NCBI GenBank assembly: GCA_030295235.1
Contig: AP026145.1
Coordinates: 620,001-684,000 of the forward strand
Length of the DNA: 64,000 nucleotides
From: Fistulifera solaris
Lineage: Eukaryota
Direction: 5' to 3'
How positions within the stretch are numbered: position 1 is the first letter of the stretch; every line of letters begins with the position of its first letter. The notes beneath the pieces are model-generated. The model had not been told where the DNA came from, did no database searches, and saw only the letters and a list, made by a program, of their open reading frames with translations. A program made the position numbers and the translations under genes. Below are positions 46,190 to 58,238 of this stretch, in pieces.

Positions 46190-46552
46190 GGTAAATTGTG
46201 AGCAAAATGTCACCAACTCATGGTAAGAAGAAAATTAAGGAAGCAATGATGGAATTGGCAAGAAATAATGATGTGACAAAAAATGATCGAAATGGATCGT
46301 GTTGTGAGTGCCGGATCAAGTCCATTCTTGTCTCTATCGCCCAATCAGTAGGAGGCAGGGCACCCACATCGTATTGGTACTGGAACTTGGAATTAGTTCT
46401 GTCGCACCACGTTTCGACCAAGCCGCACAAAATCTCGACCATGACGAAAAAATTAGACTCTCTAGAGACTATGAGAAGCGTTGAAAACTAAAAATGCACT
46501 AAACTAATCCAAGCCATTCTTCCGACAAGCCATTTCGACTCACCATCGTACC

Positions 46553-47428
46553 ATGAGCTATGGTGAAGACGTCATCGATCAAAAACTGCTGATGCGATTT
46601 GCGGTAGAGAATGGGAACTATGCGTGGTTCTTGGGCCGTGTCAAAGCGTTTCGGCACCCCGAACACCACATTCGCTTTGCGGACGGCACCACCCGATGGT
46701 GCCATTTACAGACTCTCGAAAAGAAGAACGAATTGTACTGGTTCCGCACTGTCGAGGAGCACGAACTCGACGACGCGGTGGGTCGATCGGTCTTGATGCA
46801 ATTTCCCATTCAAAACAAAAAGACGGCTTGGTTTGAAGGAAAGGTCATCAGCGTGAGCAAGAATGGTGGTCACTTGATTGCTTACGACGGAGGAGAAGAG
46901 CACTGGCATGATCTCCGAGAATGTGTGAAACGAGAAAAGATGCAGTTTTTGGGGACTTCCGTACAGAAACCAGTGGCAGTCAAAGAAGAAGATGATACGA
47001 CTTTGTCGAAGCGAAAGTACAAAAGTCGAGTGGACAACCAGTCTACGAGTAAAAGGAAGTCAAAAATAAAGGATGAAGTAAAAGTCACCGAGGACTGGAC
47101 CAAAGGAATGGAACAGTGGCTCAAACGAACCGGGCCAGAAAAGATTGCCCATATCATGAAACAAGTGCGAATGTTGGCTTCGGGTGCCGGTGTCCGATGT
47201 AAAGGCTGGGACATCAATCGACGGGCATTTTTAGGTACGGAAGTCAATTTGAGCTCCCCCCTACCGCGTTTCCTAGAACATGCCCAAGCTCTACAGGAAG
47301 AATTTGGAATGGATGGTGAACTTGAATTGATGGTCCCTTTGCAACAGATTCTGCGTTACAAAGAAAGCCTTCTAGATTCGCAAATCGAAACAAATGACAT
47401 GAAGAAAGTGGAAGACAATCAGTTGTAA
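46553..47428 (+). CDS. Hypothetical protein with tandem Tudor-like repeats
   Basis: Two repeats of 'LM.F......AWF.G.V......H.I.F/Y.DG...W..L' plus a basic NLS-like linker. Confidence 0.7.
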   Translation: MSYGEDVIDQKLLMRFAVENGNYAWFLGRVKAFRHPEHHIRFADGTTRWCHLQTLEKKNELYWFRTVEEHELDDAVGRSVLMQFPIQNKKTAWFEGKVISVSKNGGHLIAYDGGEEHWHDLRECVKREKMQFLGTSVQKPVAVKEEDDTTLSKRKYKSRVDNQSTSKRKSKIKDEVKVTEDWTKGMEQWLKRTGPEKIAHIMKQVRMLASGAGVRCKGWDINRRAFLGTEVNLSSPLPRFLEHAQALQEEFGMDGELELMVPLQQILRYKESLLDSQIETNDMKKVEDNQL

Positions 47429-47454
47429 ATAGCAGTCCTTACTAACCGCTTGAT

Positions 47455-48331
47455 CTATGGTGGAATCTTGCGTTGCCAGGGCTCCCGGCTGACGCGTTCA
47501 TAGAGTTCTTGGTCAAAGGACGATTGTTGTCGTATTCGATGAATCGTGGTGAATGACAATTGTGTTCGGTTCTGTTGACTGGCATTCTTTTGGGACGGCG
47601 GCACGTTCTCCTTTTGAAACAAGAGCTGCGTTAACCGCGGCCACGTGACCGTGGAGAGTGTTTCCGTCGTTCCCACCCAATCCCAATCGCGCTCCAACAA
47701 CGGCAAGAGTTCCTGACGACACTGCTCCGTCGTCACTTCCTGCTGTGTCGGGTGTCGTTTCTTGTTTTCGCGCTGCCCCCGCAACAACAATTGACATTGA
47801 TGATTGGGAATGACCGTTTTTAACAGATTTTCCTCGTTATCGGGTGCATACGTTTCGCGTTCACACCAGTTCCATTGACATTTCGGATGATGAAAATGAT
47901 GAAGATAGGAACGATGAAAGGCCACGGGGTCTCTGATTAGAGTGAAGGTAAACAAGGGTACTCGAGTGATTGTAGATTGCTGCCGCCAGTGTTGGATTTT
48001 TGTTTTGCAACACCGCCAGACCGGCGATCGTGCCGTGCAATTCCACAAAGAGTGTTTCACCGGAACCTTGAAATACACGCTCCATGCGAGGTTCGACACG
48101 ATCCCAATCCTTCGGCTTGGCGACGCGAACGACCGAAAGGAAGGGTTCCAGATTGTCGCGCAGGGTCGTTCCGCCAGTGCGAGGAATGTGATAAAAAATG
48201 ACGATCATTCCTTTGTTGTTAAAGTCGAAAATCGGATGTAAGGGTGAGTGCAGCAAAAAGAAGTGACCGAGAGAGAAGAATAAAAGGAGTCGCCAGAAAC
48301 GAGACAGCGGGCGCCGAGCCATGAGAGACAA
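47455..48331 (-). CDS. Golgi-type sulfotransferase-like protein
   Basis: N-terminal TM, FYHIPRTGGTT (5'-PSB), TLIRDP...S (3'-PB), WVGTTE, D.ELY; frameshift near 48000. Confidence 0.75.
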
Positions 48332-48780
48332 TCAAATAAAGCTTGTTTCCTGTCGACGCGAACGAAGCAGTGCGGTTTCTCACACTGGCAACATGAGCGA
48401 ATATTTTTATAGTTTATCGAGTCATGGTTTGAAACGAGAATAAGTCAAAAAATAATGAATCGCATAGAGTAGAACATAAATAAATGATAATGATTGCCTT
48501 TATTGCGCGTTTGCTGTTTGTCGTCGTGTGGTCGTGTTGTCGTCCTATCAGTCCCGCACACTTAGGTCACGTATAGAGAATTTTGAGCCTGAGTACACTC
48601 TAGTATTGCAGTCGTAGCGGTTTCTACTTCCCTAATTCCAGTTTCTTCCGGTGGATGGTCGGAAGAAGAAGAAGAAACCCAAAAATAAACGACATTCGCT
48701 TTTTTCTCTTTGGGTTGTACATTATTAATTCGTAAAACAAACCATTTGCTTTGCTGCTTTGTTGCTATTCGAACACAACC

Positions 48781-50511
48781 ATGGCATCGCGATTGGCTGT
48801 CATGACCCGACGCGTCTTGACGACAGCGCGTTCGCCGGTCGCACAGGGGTTCCTCTCCATAGCTCCCCGGTCACTCGTCGTCCAATCTCCCACATGCTTC
48901 GTGCGCTCCCTCTCGACCACTATGAAACCACCCAAACACGCCATGCTTTCGACGGACAAGAAAGTGAAAGCTCCACCCATGGTATACATTGCCGGAGAAG
49001 AAATGACACGATACGCGTGTGATCTCATGGTGCAAAAATGGTTTCAACCGTACTTTGATACGACGTCGTGGCACTATTTTGATTTATCGTGTGCCTCCCG
49101 CGATGCGACCAACGATCAAGTTTTGAAAGATGCCGTACAAGCTGGCAAAGACATTGGCGCCATTTTCAAGGAACCGACCATTACGCCATCGGCTCTTCAA
49201 GTCAAACAAATGGGGTTGAAGAAAGCGTGGGGGTCCCCCAATGGAGCCATGCGGCGGGGATGGAATGGCATTACCATTAGTCGCGATACGATTCATATTG
49301 ATGGCATTGAATTGGGGTACAAGAATCCGGTGTTCTTTGAACGACATGCGGTCGGGGGCGAATACGGTGCGGGTTGGAATCAAGTCGGTAAAGGAACCTT
49401 GTTGACGACCTACTTGCCCAAAGAAGAAGGATCTCCACCCTTTGTCGTAGATAAACGCGATTTGACCGATGATCACAATGTCGTGGTAGTATATCACAAT
49501 CCCTACGACAATGTCACCAGTTTGGCTCATTTGTTCTTCGGTCGGTGCTTGGAAGCCGGTATTACGCCGTATATTGTCACCAAAAAGACGGTGTTCAAAT
49601 GGCAAGAGGGATTCTGGGCCACCATGAAAGAAGTTTTTGATAAAGACTACAAGGAAAAGTTTCTCAAAAGGGTTTGCTGGACAAGTGCGGCGGAGATTTG
49701 CAGCACTTGATTTCGGACGCGGCGACGATGCAATTGATTCGCTGGACCGATGGAGGATTCGGCATGGCGGCTCACAACTACGATGGTGATATGTGTAAGT
49801 GTCATGAAACGCGAGATAAAGATTGTGATCCTACTGTTTTCATTTATTCACGTGCTACATTTTCCCCGGAATTCTACAGTGACGGATCAGATTGCCCAAG
49901 TCCATCGCTCTCCCGGTTTCATCACCAGTAACTTGGTCGGAAAGAATGACGACGGTAGTCTCATTAAAGAATTTGAAGCATCCCACGGAACGGTCACAGA
50001 CTTGTGGAATGATCACTTGGCTGGACGTGACACCAGTTTGAACCCGCTTGGTTTGGTGGAGGCAATGATTGGAGCCATGGAGCATGCGGCGACTTTGGAT
50101 GCCGAACGACACAGCGGAGATGAAAGCAAGCTGCAGACGAAAGACCAAGTATTCAACTTTACGACAACCTTGCGAACGGCACTGCACAATACATTCCGAT
50201 ACGGACAGGGTACTCGCGATATGAGTGGACCTTCAGGATTCACAACCGAAGATTTCATTGACAAGGTCGCGTGGCGTTTGGGGCGTTACCTTTCCATGCA
50301 ATACGATGAATCTCCTCCTCCAACATTGAAAGAGCCGGATCGCAAATATCGTCGCAACTACGACATTGACGAAGAGGCAGTGAGTGCGATGTTTGCCAAG
50401 TACGATAAGAACGGCGATGGATTTATCGATTTCGAAGAATTCACAAGGATGCTGGTCAAGATGAACCTCGCTCCCGCCAAAGCCAAGCCTACCAAGACAC
50501 CGGACGTATAG
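48781..50511 (+). CDS. Type II isocitrate dehydrogenase with C-terminal EF-hand, mitochondrial presequence, likely NAD+-specific
   Basis: GEEMTRY, KEPTITP, WGSPNGAMR, RHAVGGEY, HNYDGDMLTD (intron 49795-49879), EASHGTVTDL, EF-hand DKNGDGFIDFEE; frameshift near 49669. Confidence 0.93.
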
Positions 50512-51212
50512 TCGATTATAGTATTAGTCCTGCGGCAATCTTATTTTTTGTCTGCTTATGGAGCACGAGATTGATATCTTACATCGTGAAAATGTGGGAA
50601 GAGGTATTTCGCCTCATTTCTTTTTTTGGAAGGTTTTATGGGAATCTATTCTTAATTATAACTTTCATCGCTTATGTTCTAGACTATGTTGGTGCGTTTA
50701 GATTTCCTTTCGAATCCAAGGAATTATGCAATTTGCCAAATGCAAGACTTTTCTTTGTGCTGGTTCAAAGATGCTCTTCGTTCGGATTTTGAATGTCAAT
50801 CCCTATTCAATACAACGTACGACCCAAGTACTTTTGTATCCCCGATGGGATTGTAAACAGTACTCTCTATCAGAATGTGAGTGATAAACAAAGTATAAAG
50901 TCTCTCATTGCACTTCAACGTTGAACGTTGAACAACGAATGGCACACAGAGAAACGGAAAGCAAGGAACGCCAATCAACAACGCCAGCCGTGACGCGCCA
51001 ATGCGTCAATCCGATCCTGTACTCATTCTTTATACTCCCGCGCAAGCGTGGGTCCCATTGGAACTTTAGAATAATGCATGGAAGTTCGCGATGGTTTACG
51101 AAGGCATCAAAAACGCTCTCACATCTCACATCATCATCTATCGTGCATCCTTGACAAGTATTCAGAAACAATTAAAAACGCAAACAAAACACCATCAAAC
51201 AACATCGATACA

Positions 51213-51635
51213 ATGCATCGAACAAAGCACAGCATACCAAGGCGAGAGAGCCAAGTCAACGCCTCGTGGCCGGACATCAACGAACGCGAATGTGCACGAC
51301 TTAAACCATCCTGTGGCAGATTGACTCCGCCAAAGTCAAAGAAATCGGCTCTTCCCAGCTTACGGAAACCAAACCGTAAAGTGCGCGATATATCAAAATC
51401 ACTGGAAGTAAAGGAGAAGCTGTTTGCTCGAGTGCAAATCAGCGAATTACTGAAATCACTCCGGACCGATCGGTTTGTGGGGCAGGTGAATCTGGCTTCC
51501 CATTCCGTTTACATGGATTCGCCGGGAAACCGAGTCCCTTACAGTACTAGCGCGAGTGATGCCACCTCGGTGTGCTCCTCGCTTTCTTCCGAGCCAACCG
51601 AAGAGAGACTACCGTGCTTGCCCTTCAGTTCGTGA
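51213..51635 (+). CDS. Small hypothetical basic protein
   Basis: ~140-aa open frame in an otherwise AT-richer intergenic gap; no recognised motif. Confidence 0.35.
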   Translation: MHRTKHSIPRRESQVNASWPDINERECARLKPSCGRLTPPKSKKSALPSLRKPNRKVRDISKSLEVKEKLFARVQISELLKSLRTDRFVGQVNLASHSVYMDSPGNRVPYSTSASDATSVCSSLSSEPTEERLPCLPFSS

Positions 51636-52203
51636 CTACGGAGCCTCAGTCGATGCGGTGACCCCAGCTGCCGTGGTTTATACATTTGTTTATTTTCTTT
51701 TGCTCAATTGCTGCATTCTCTTCCTTATTTTGAACTATTTTGAAACACAAAAGACAGATCTTTTGAGAGAGAAACATTCTAGTTTGTGAGAGTAAGTTTT
51801 TCCTTTTGCACGACTAACTCCGATTAAAACAACTCAGTTCCCCCCTTAGGTATGGCTTCCTTTAAGTGTTCGATAGGCATTTTTACATTTTTTAGAAGTA
51901 CAGTAGACTAATAAAAGATTCAGAGCTCTTCCTTAGCTTGTTTTGCTCGTTTACGCCGGGACTGACTCAGCCCTAAATTGATGCCGGTAGGATACAGATT
52001 TGTACTCTATATTCACTAGTCTGTTGTCGTCGGTTGATTGGTTGGATGCGATGCCAAAGATTTTTTCTTTCGTTTCGGAAAGGCACAAAACAACGACGAC
52101 CGATCATGATGAGATTATGAGCTAGAAGTTGAATAATTGGTCTCTTCCGTCGTTTTGTTTCAACTATTAATCGCATTCACTCCTCATTCATTCATCATCA
52201 AGC

Positions 52204-53352
52204 ATGACCCCCGATTTGAGTACTACAGTGGCGGGCATACGCTTGTCAACGTGCATTTACAATGCATCGGGTCCTCGCAGTGGATCGGCCGAAGCTTTGC
52301 ACAAGATTGCTCAATCCTCCGCCGGTGCTGTCTTGAGCAAATCCGCTACTTTGCTCGCCCAGGATGGCAATCCTCTTCCGCGAACGTGGCAACACACCGA
52401 AGCATCTTTGAATTCCGAAGGATTGCCCAACAAGGGAATTGATTACTACATCAGTGACGAAACAATTTCCGAAATTCTACAAAGTGATTCATCGAAACCG
52501 TACATGGTGAGCTTGTCGGGTAAAACGACGGCCGATAATATTACCATGCTCCGCAAGATGGTGGGAAACACCAAAATTGCCGCCATTGAACTCAATTTGG
52601 CCTGTCCGAATATTATTGGCAAACCGGTAGTGGGTTACGACATGGAACAAATGAAAGATATTCTCGATCAAGTCTCCCAGATTCCCAATCTTCCTCCGAT
52701 GGGTATCAAACTACCACCCTATCTTGATTCGGTTCAATTTCAACAAGTCGCCACTCTGATCAATCAATACGAATGGATTCAATTTGTCGTATCCATCAAC
52801 ACTTTGGGAAATGCCACGGCAGTCAGTGTCGAGGCCGGCATGCCCTACATCAGCTCGAATGATGGTTTTGCCGGCTTGTCCGGTCCGGCCGTGAAATACA
52901 CGGCACTGGCCAATGTCCGGAAATGGCGACAAATGCTGCGCCCCAATATTGACGTGGTCGGTGTCGGAGGAATTGTGACGGGTCGGGATGTCTTGGAATT
53001 TTTATTGTGCGGAGCGGCGGCCGTCCAAGTGGGAACCCAACATTGGTCGGAAGGTCCCAAATGTTTTGATCGAATCGTCCAGGAATTGTCGGATTGTATG
53101 AAGGAATTGGGACACGAGTCTGTAACGAGTCTCGTGGGTACTTTGCAACCGTGGAACAAAGCCGGAGCCGCCAAACTTCGTGCACTGACCAAGAATTTGA
53201 ATGAAACGCCAGTGAAATCCTCGTCGTCGTCCGCGGGAGGGAAGGAAGGTTTCTATCCAGCATTGTCTGCCGTTCTGTTGCTCATTGTATTCATGCTGGT
53301 GTACGACAAATTCACCACAAATGGAACTGTTCCAACCTCAAGAGAGCTGTAA
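52204..53352 (+). CDS. Class 1A dihydroorotate dehydrogenase with C-terminal TM extension
   Basis: NASGP, NSEGLPNKG, ELNLACPN (catalytic Cys), KLPPY, INTLGN, GLSG..VK..ALANV, GVGGI, VQVGT; tail ALSAVLLLIVFMLVY. Confidence 0.9.
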   Translation: MTPDLSTTVAGIRLSTCIYNASGPRSGSAEALHKIAQSSAGAVLSKSATLLAQDGNPLPRTWQHTEASLNSEGLPNKGIDYYISDETISEILQSDSSKPYMVSLSGKTTADNITMLRKMVGNTKIAAIELNLACPNIIGKPVVGYDMEQMKDILDQVSQIPNLPPMGIKLPPYLDSVQFQQVATLINQYEWIQFVVSINTLGNATAVSVEAGMPYISSNDGFAGLSGPAVKYTALANVRKWRQMLRPNIDVVGVGGIVTGRDVLEFLLCGAAAVQVGTQHWSEGPKCFDRIVQELSDCMKELGHESVTSLVGTLQPWNKAGAAKLRALTKNLNETPVKSSSSSAGGKEGFYPALSAVLLLIVFMLVYDKFTTNGTVPTSREL

Positions 53353-53524
53353 ATACTAAAAATTACTCCGTATTTTCAGATGAGATAGATATACTACTAG
53401 GAATAAGAATGCACTAACATGTGCTCGAAACTAGAAGTATACTACTATTCTATCTTTGGCTTTTTCTAACGAGTCATTCTTCCATTTTTATCATTCTACT
53501 GCAAACAATCTAGAATTCCTGTGT

Positions 53525-54031
53525 TTACACACCAAAACTACTTCCACATCCACACGACTCTTCGGCATTGGGATTGAAGAATTTGAATCCACCTCCAATC
53601 AATTCGGTCGAATAATCCAACTCCAGTCCGTACAAATACAACATGGACTTGGCATCCACGACACATTTGACCTTCTCGTCGGCATATTCATCCACAACAT
53701 CATCTTCTTGAATCGAATCTTCTGACGAAAAGTCCATTACATAACTCATACCGGAGCATCCACCCGATCGGACGCCCATGCGGAGAATTAGCGTGTCATT
53801 GACAGGATCTTTTAGTTCCGTTTGACGCAATTCTCGCAATCGTTTCATGGCGGCGGGTTTAATCATGACGACGGCGTCTTCGGGTATTTCGTAATCAGTT
53901 ACTAAAGGTAGCGCTTGTGTTGTGTCGGCGTAAAGAGTCGTACGAAACGCGAGGGGGTGAGGTAAAATCCACGCCACTGTGACGGGCCACAGTGCCAGGA
54001 AAGTCCCCCAAAAGAATTGTGGAAAATGCAT
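53525..54031 (-). CDS. Plastid A-type Fe-S carrier (SufA/IscA)
   Basis: GVRSGGCSGMSY, LDYS..LIGGGFKF.NPNA..SCGCGSSF; signal peptide + VAW. Confidence 0.93.
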   Translation of the reverse strand: MHFPQFFWGTFLALWPVTVAWILPHPLAFRTTLYADTTQALPLVTDYEIPEDAVVMIKPAAMKRLRELRQTELKDPVNDTLILRMGVRSGGCSGMSYVMDFSSEDSIQEDDVVDEYADEKVKCVVDAKSMLYLYGLELDYSTELIGGGFKFFNPNAEESCGCGSSFGV

Positions 54032-54431
54032 AGCTTCTTTGCACGCAAAAGGAAGAAATCAGAGAAATAGTAACGGAGTGAGTACGATTGTTGAGTTTGA
54101 ATTCTTTTAAAGAGCATGAGAACAGAATTGGTCGCATGCTTGTCGTCTGCGTTGCTTCTCTTGTTGTATCGTTGCGTGCATTTGCTTCAGCTTGTGGTCT
54201 CGTACTGATCGTTGTACAGTCAGATAGAGATGACGTGGTGCACTTTAAGTTGGATAGTTTGAGATAACGTTGCGAGTTGCGAGTGTGTTGTGGGCTGTGG
54301 GATGGACGATGACGGATGACGGGCAAACGATGATTTCTTACAAGAATTCCCAGAAACGATAACCTTACTGTAAAAAAGACCGCCGAGAGAGAAACGATAG
54401 GTTCTTTGTCACAAAAAATGCAAAAAACACC

Positions 54432-55394
54432 ATGAGGCATCAGCAAAGAAGTAATAAAGCTATCCTCCTAATTACAATATGTTTTTTCTTTCTCACAAGC
54501 GGCAGTGCCTTCCTTACTCCGAGTCCCCGCCGATGTACGGCCCTCCAGGTCACCGAACGACGGAGCTGTTTCTATCGTTCCCCCGTCACGGGAAAATGGA
54601 CACCGCGCTTGGAATTGTCGGAATTAGTGGTGGGTCAAGTTTTGGAAGGTGCGGTCGTCGTCCAAGAAAAAATTGAATGGTAAGACGGGACCCAAAGTAT
54701 GGGTCGATTGTGGGGTCGGGCTTTATAAAAAGGATAGTTGGAAGATACAGACCGCCATGTTGCGGTTGGGAAACGGAAAAGCCAGTGTCGCCGCCAAGAA
54801 AGCCGCTCGATTACGAAACAAGAAATATTTTCCCGTTTATGTCAGTCGGATCCGTCTCGAAAACGATCAACTGGAAGTGACACTGGAACCGGAAGCTCCG
54901 AAAACACCAACACCCTCGATGATTCGTCTAAAGGACTTACAACCCGGACAAGAATTGTCGGGAATCATTCAACGGGTCGAAGATTATGGTCTATTGATCC
55001 ATGTCGGTGCCAATCGACCAGGGTTGTTGCATATACGTCGTGTCGGAGATCTGTATCAAAAATTTGTCAACCAAGCGGACGGCTTAAAAAGGTGGGACTC
55101 CACAAGGGTGTTCAAGTCGATGTCCAAGTAATTTCGTGTGAGAAGAAACGACTGTTTTTGGATTTTTCCGAATCACTGAAACAAGAAGCGGAACGGAAAT
55201 ATAAAGCAGCGGCAGAAGATGATCCGTACGCGGAAGAAGCGGCTTTATATGCAGCTCAGCAACAGCGACAAAACACCGAGTCGACTGCGCTCGTGGAGGA
55301 CGATGAGGAAGACGATTACGATGAAGAAGAGGACGACGACGATTATGATGAAGATCGAGAGATCGAAGATGCCATGGGACTGGGAAGATATTAG
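54432..55394 (+). CDS. Plastid-targeted S1 RNA-binding domain protein with acidic tail
   Basis: Signal + GSAF; S1 motif 'L.PGQELSGIIQRVEDYGLLIHVGA..PGLLHI'; frameshifts near 54670 and 55088. Confidence 0.75.
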
Positions 55395-55434
55395 TTCAAA
55401 CAGTATAACCTAAATTTTACAAAATGGTTGAAGT

Positions 55435-57411
55435 TCATGTGTTAGCATCCCCATCGTCAGATTCATCTTCATCACTTTCACTGTCGTCACCACATCGCTC
55501 TTTGGAATCCATTTCCTCCCAATAATGCAACTCGGGAATGCTTTGCTCCTTTTCATTCCATTGCCCGCCGTCGATGAAGAGTTTAGGACTGTTCACGTCC
55601 ATCCAAACATCTTCGGAACGTGGAAGACCGTTCAGGTGCACGCGGACGTGATTGTCATCGATCTCTGTAACAATCCCAGCGAAACATTGCTCTTCTTCTT
55701 CGAGGGGTGCCTTTTTCTTCATCGTCGTCACTTAACTCTTCATCTCTTGTGTTTGTCGTTCCAGGCAGCATACAAAGAACCCTATCCTCTAATGCGAGAC
55801 CCTGTTTCCGTCGAACAGGTTTGGCTAGGTGCCAAACCTCCGTTGATGATGTGACGCCGGTTCCTCGCGACAATGATTTTCCTTTCGATCCCCCCTGGTT
55901 TGGGTGTTTTGCCTTTCACGGTCTTTGCAACGTCTCCAGTTGTGGGTCGCACCACTTCGACCCAAAATTCATTCCTACGTTGTTGTTCCGATTGTTTTAC
56001 TTTTCCTTTCTTTTTCTGCGCAGATACAGCACTAGCCATCTTGCGCTTGTATTTCTCTCTTCGTTTACGTTCGGCTTCTTCTTCCTCCTGTTGCTTTCTT
56101 CGCTTTTCACTCCACTGACTCCAACTCAAACGACTTCCTCGCCGCAGGCGTTTCTGGTCGTGTTCATACAATTTGAGTAATTCGGCCAGTCGCGATACAT
56201 TGATGCGCACCGCATGGGGACGACAAAGACAAACGGATGCTTTCTTTCCAAACGGCAACCATTCCGGTACTCCGAAATTCGTTGCTTCGGCCACGTTGAA
56301 TCCCATGTTGAAACCAAAATGATAACTGGCGGGGAACGTTATGATGGCTTCGCCGGGAAATTGTACAGCTGTTTGGTAACGAATGCCCGCTTTTTTCAAA
56401 ATAGCGGGAGATATCAGACACCGTTTGTGTCGCAGAAACTCGGGACATTTTCCGGCTTGAAGAGCAAAATGAAATTGACACACCGTCAAGAATCGCGGGG
56501 CATCGGGTTCTGCCACAGCGTACCAAAATTTGGGTTGCCCGGCGTGTAAATAGTTGATCGAAAGTAAATTCATATCTTCTGTATGCGCACAAAACACGGA
56601 GCCCCACATCCCAGCATACAAATATGGTGAAGTGACACCCGGAATATGATCCAAAACATGAAGACAGGAATCTAATTTTCCAATCGACCAGCCGTGGGCG
56701 GGATCATCCTCGGCAAACAGCGATCCCTGCTGATCTGCACCGTACCAAGCAGGGGGGCATAGTAGGACTCAGGCGTTTCCAAAACAATCGTTCCAGTGCC
56801 TCTAACCTCTCGGATGTGTATCCGTCTGGTTCATCCACCGATCCGACCTGCGTCTTTCGGTAGCTGTCGGCCCTGTCACGGAATTCCCACAAAGAACAAG
56901 CCTTTTGCTCCAGAAACGTATACTCGTAAACTCCGGCAATCCCCCGAATATTTTGCGTAATCGGAGACGATATTTCCAAATCTCCTAATTTCGTTCCTTG
57001 TTGCCATTCATCTCCCCGAGCCGTCCGATCGGTCACCAAAGGTGCCAATTGAAAGCCTTCCGGTAACACCACTTTCGCAATTCCTTCTCGTAATTCCATA
57101 CAAATGTCGCATCCGATTTCTTCCATTACGGAAGCTTCCGGAAGTACGACTTTTCGGACGAAATCACTAAAGGTGAGTGATTTCAAATCGTCCAAGGAAG
57201 GACGGTGAATCGTGCAGTGGGTAGATCGTTTGGGTTCGTACGGTGTCATCTTTGGGAGTGATTTGGTATCGTCCTTCGACACGGTAGGAGATGTTTTCGG
57301 CAGCACTTGTTCTTTTGACGATACGGAATCACTACTCAATTCGTGTGGTGACACGTTTGGAGTACACGAGGTAGTTGCCGATACCATCGCCGTTGGAGTA
57401 ACCTGATCCAT
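55435..57411 (-). CDS. JmjC histone demethylase (KDM4/JMJD2-like) with C-terminal chromo/Tudor-like domain
   Basis: JmjN-like GIAKVVLP, LERLFWK, IPGVTSPYLYAGMW, FCAHTEDMNLLSINYLH, FLRHK, YHFGFNMGFNVAEATNF; frameshifts near 56745 and ~55860. Confidence 0.9.
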
Positions 57412-57854
57412 TTCGCCCTCGCTCTTCTTCTTTTCGGAGATAATACTGACACTACTATCAATCTATTCTTATTTGAAAAGGATGAGAAATTATATCTTTT
57501 GGTGAAGGGATCGTTTCAAGAAGTTTGCAACAAAAATAAAATCGCAGAAGGCCACCTTCGCAAAAAGGCGAGCAGCATTTAACACTGCGACAAAGGTTTT
57601 CTACAGAATGAAATCAAGTTTGGAACGGACGAAGTCCAGACAGTACTTATTTCCTATACTGCGGTAGTATGAAGACAATGTGTAGTGTCGTTTTGTCCTT
57701 GACGCGAAAAACGGACACGAAAACCGTTCTCCTCCCTCTCCGCGGAAACGCCACAAAAAAACCGCTCTTCTCACGAAAGAAAAACCATCGTAATCCATCA
57801 CAATGTCATTCTCACAAAACAAACATTCAATCGATTTCAATCACATCGATCGAC

Positions 57855-58238
57855 ATGATTCAGAACTTACTTTCCCGCCAACCGGAGATTCATTCGAAGC
57901 CGACCGACTCTGCATTGGTGGCCAAGTCGATCATCCGAGTTTCCCGTCAAGAAGAACGCCAAGATTTTACGAGCATCGTGCATGCCATCATCATGGACTA
58001 CGAATTGAATGATGACCGCCAACAGGCTCCTCGCTCGCATCATCGACGAACTCGTGCGACCAATTGGAATGAATTCTTTTGGATGGTCGAAAATCCGCGT
58101 CACCGTCGTTCCTTGGCGTTGACGAATGACGAGTTTTCGGAGATTACCCTTCTCTGTGAGGAACTGCATGGTGATCTGCATCATGAGGGTGATGCCGCTG
58201 TTTGGGATGGATTTCAAGCAGATGGTAGCCCTTTATAG
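57855..58238 (+). CDS. Small hypothetical protein
   Basis: ~127-aa open frame from MIQNLL; no recognised motif. Confidence 0.35.
   Translation: MIQNLLSRQPEIHSKPTDSALVAKSIIRVSRQEERQDFTSIVHAIIMDYELNDDRQQAPRSHHRRTRATNWNEFFWMVENPRHRRSLALTNDEFSEITLLCEELHGDLHHEGDAAVWDGFQADGSPL

Noticed and set aside
5645..55394. Functional cluster of RNA-metabolism genes (mTERF, PPR, XRN2, TUTase, S1)
   Set aside because: They are widely interspersed with unrelated genes and predicted for different compartments
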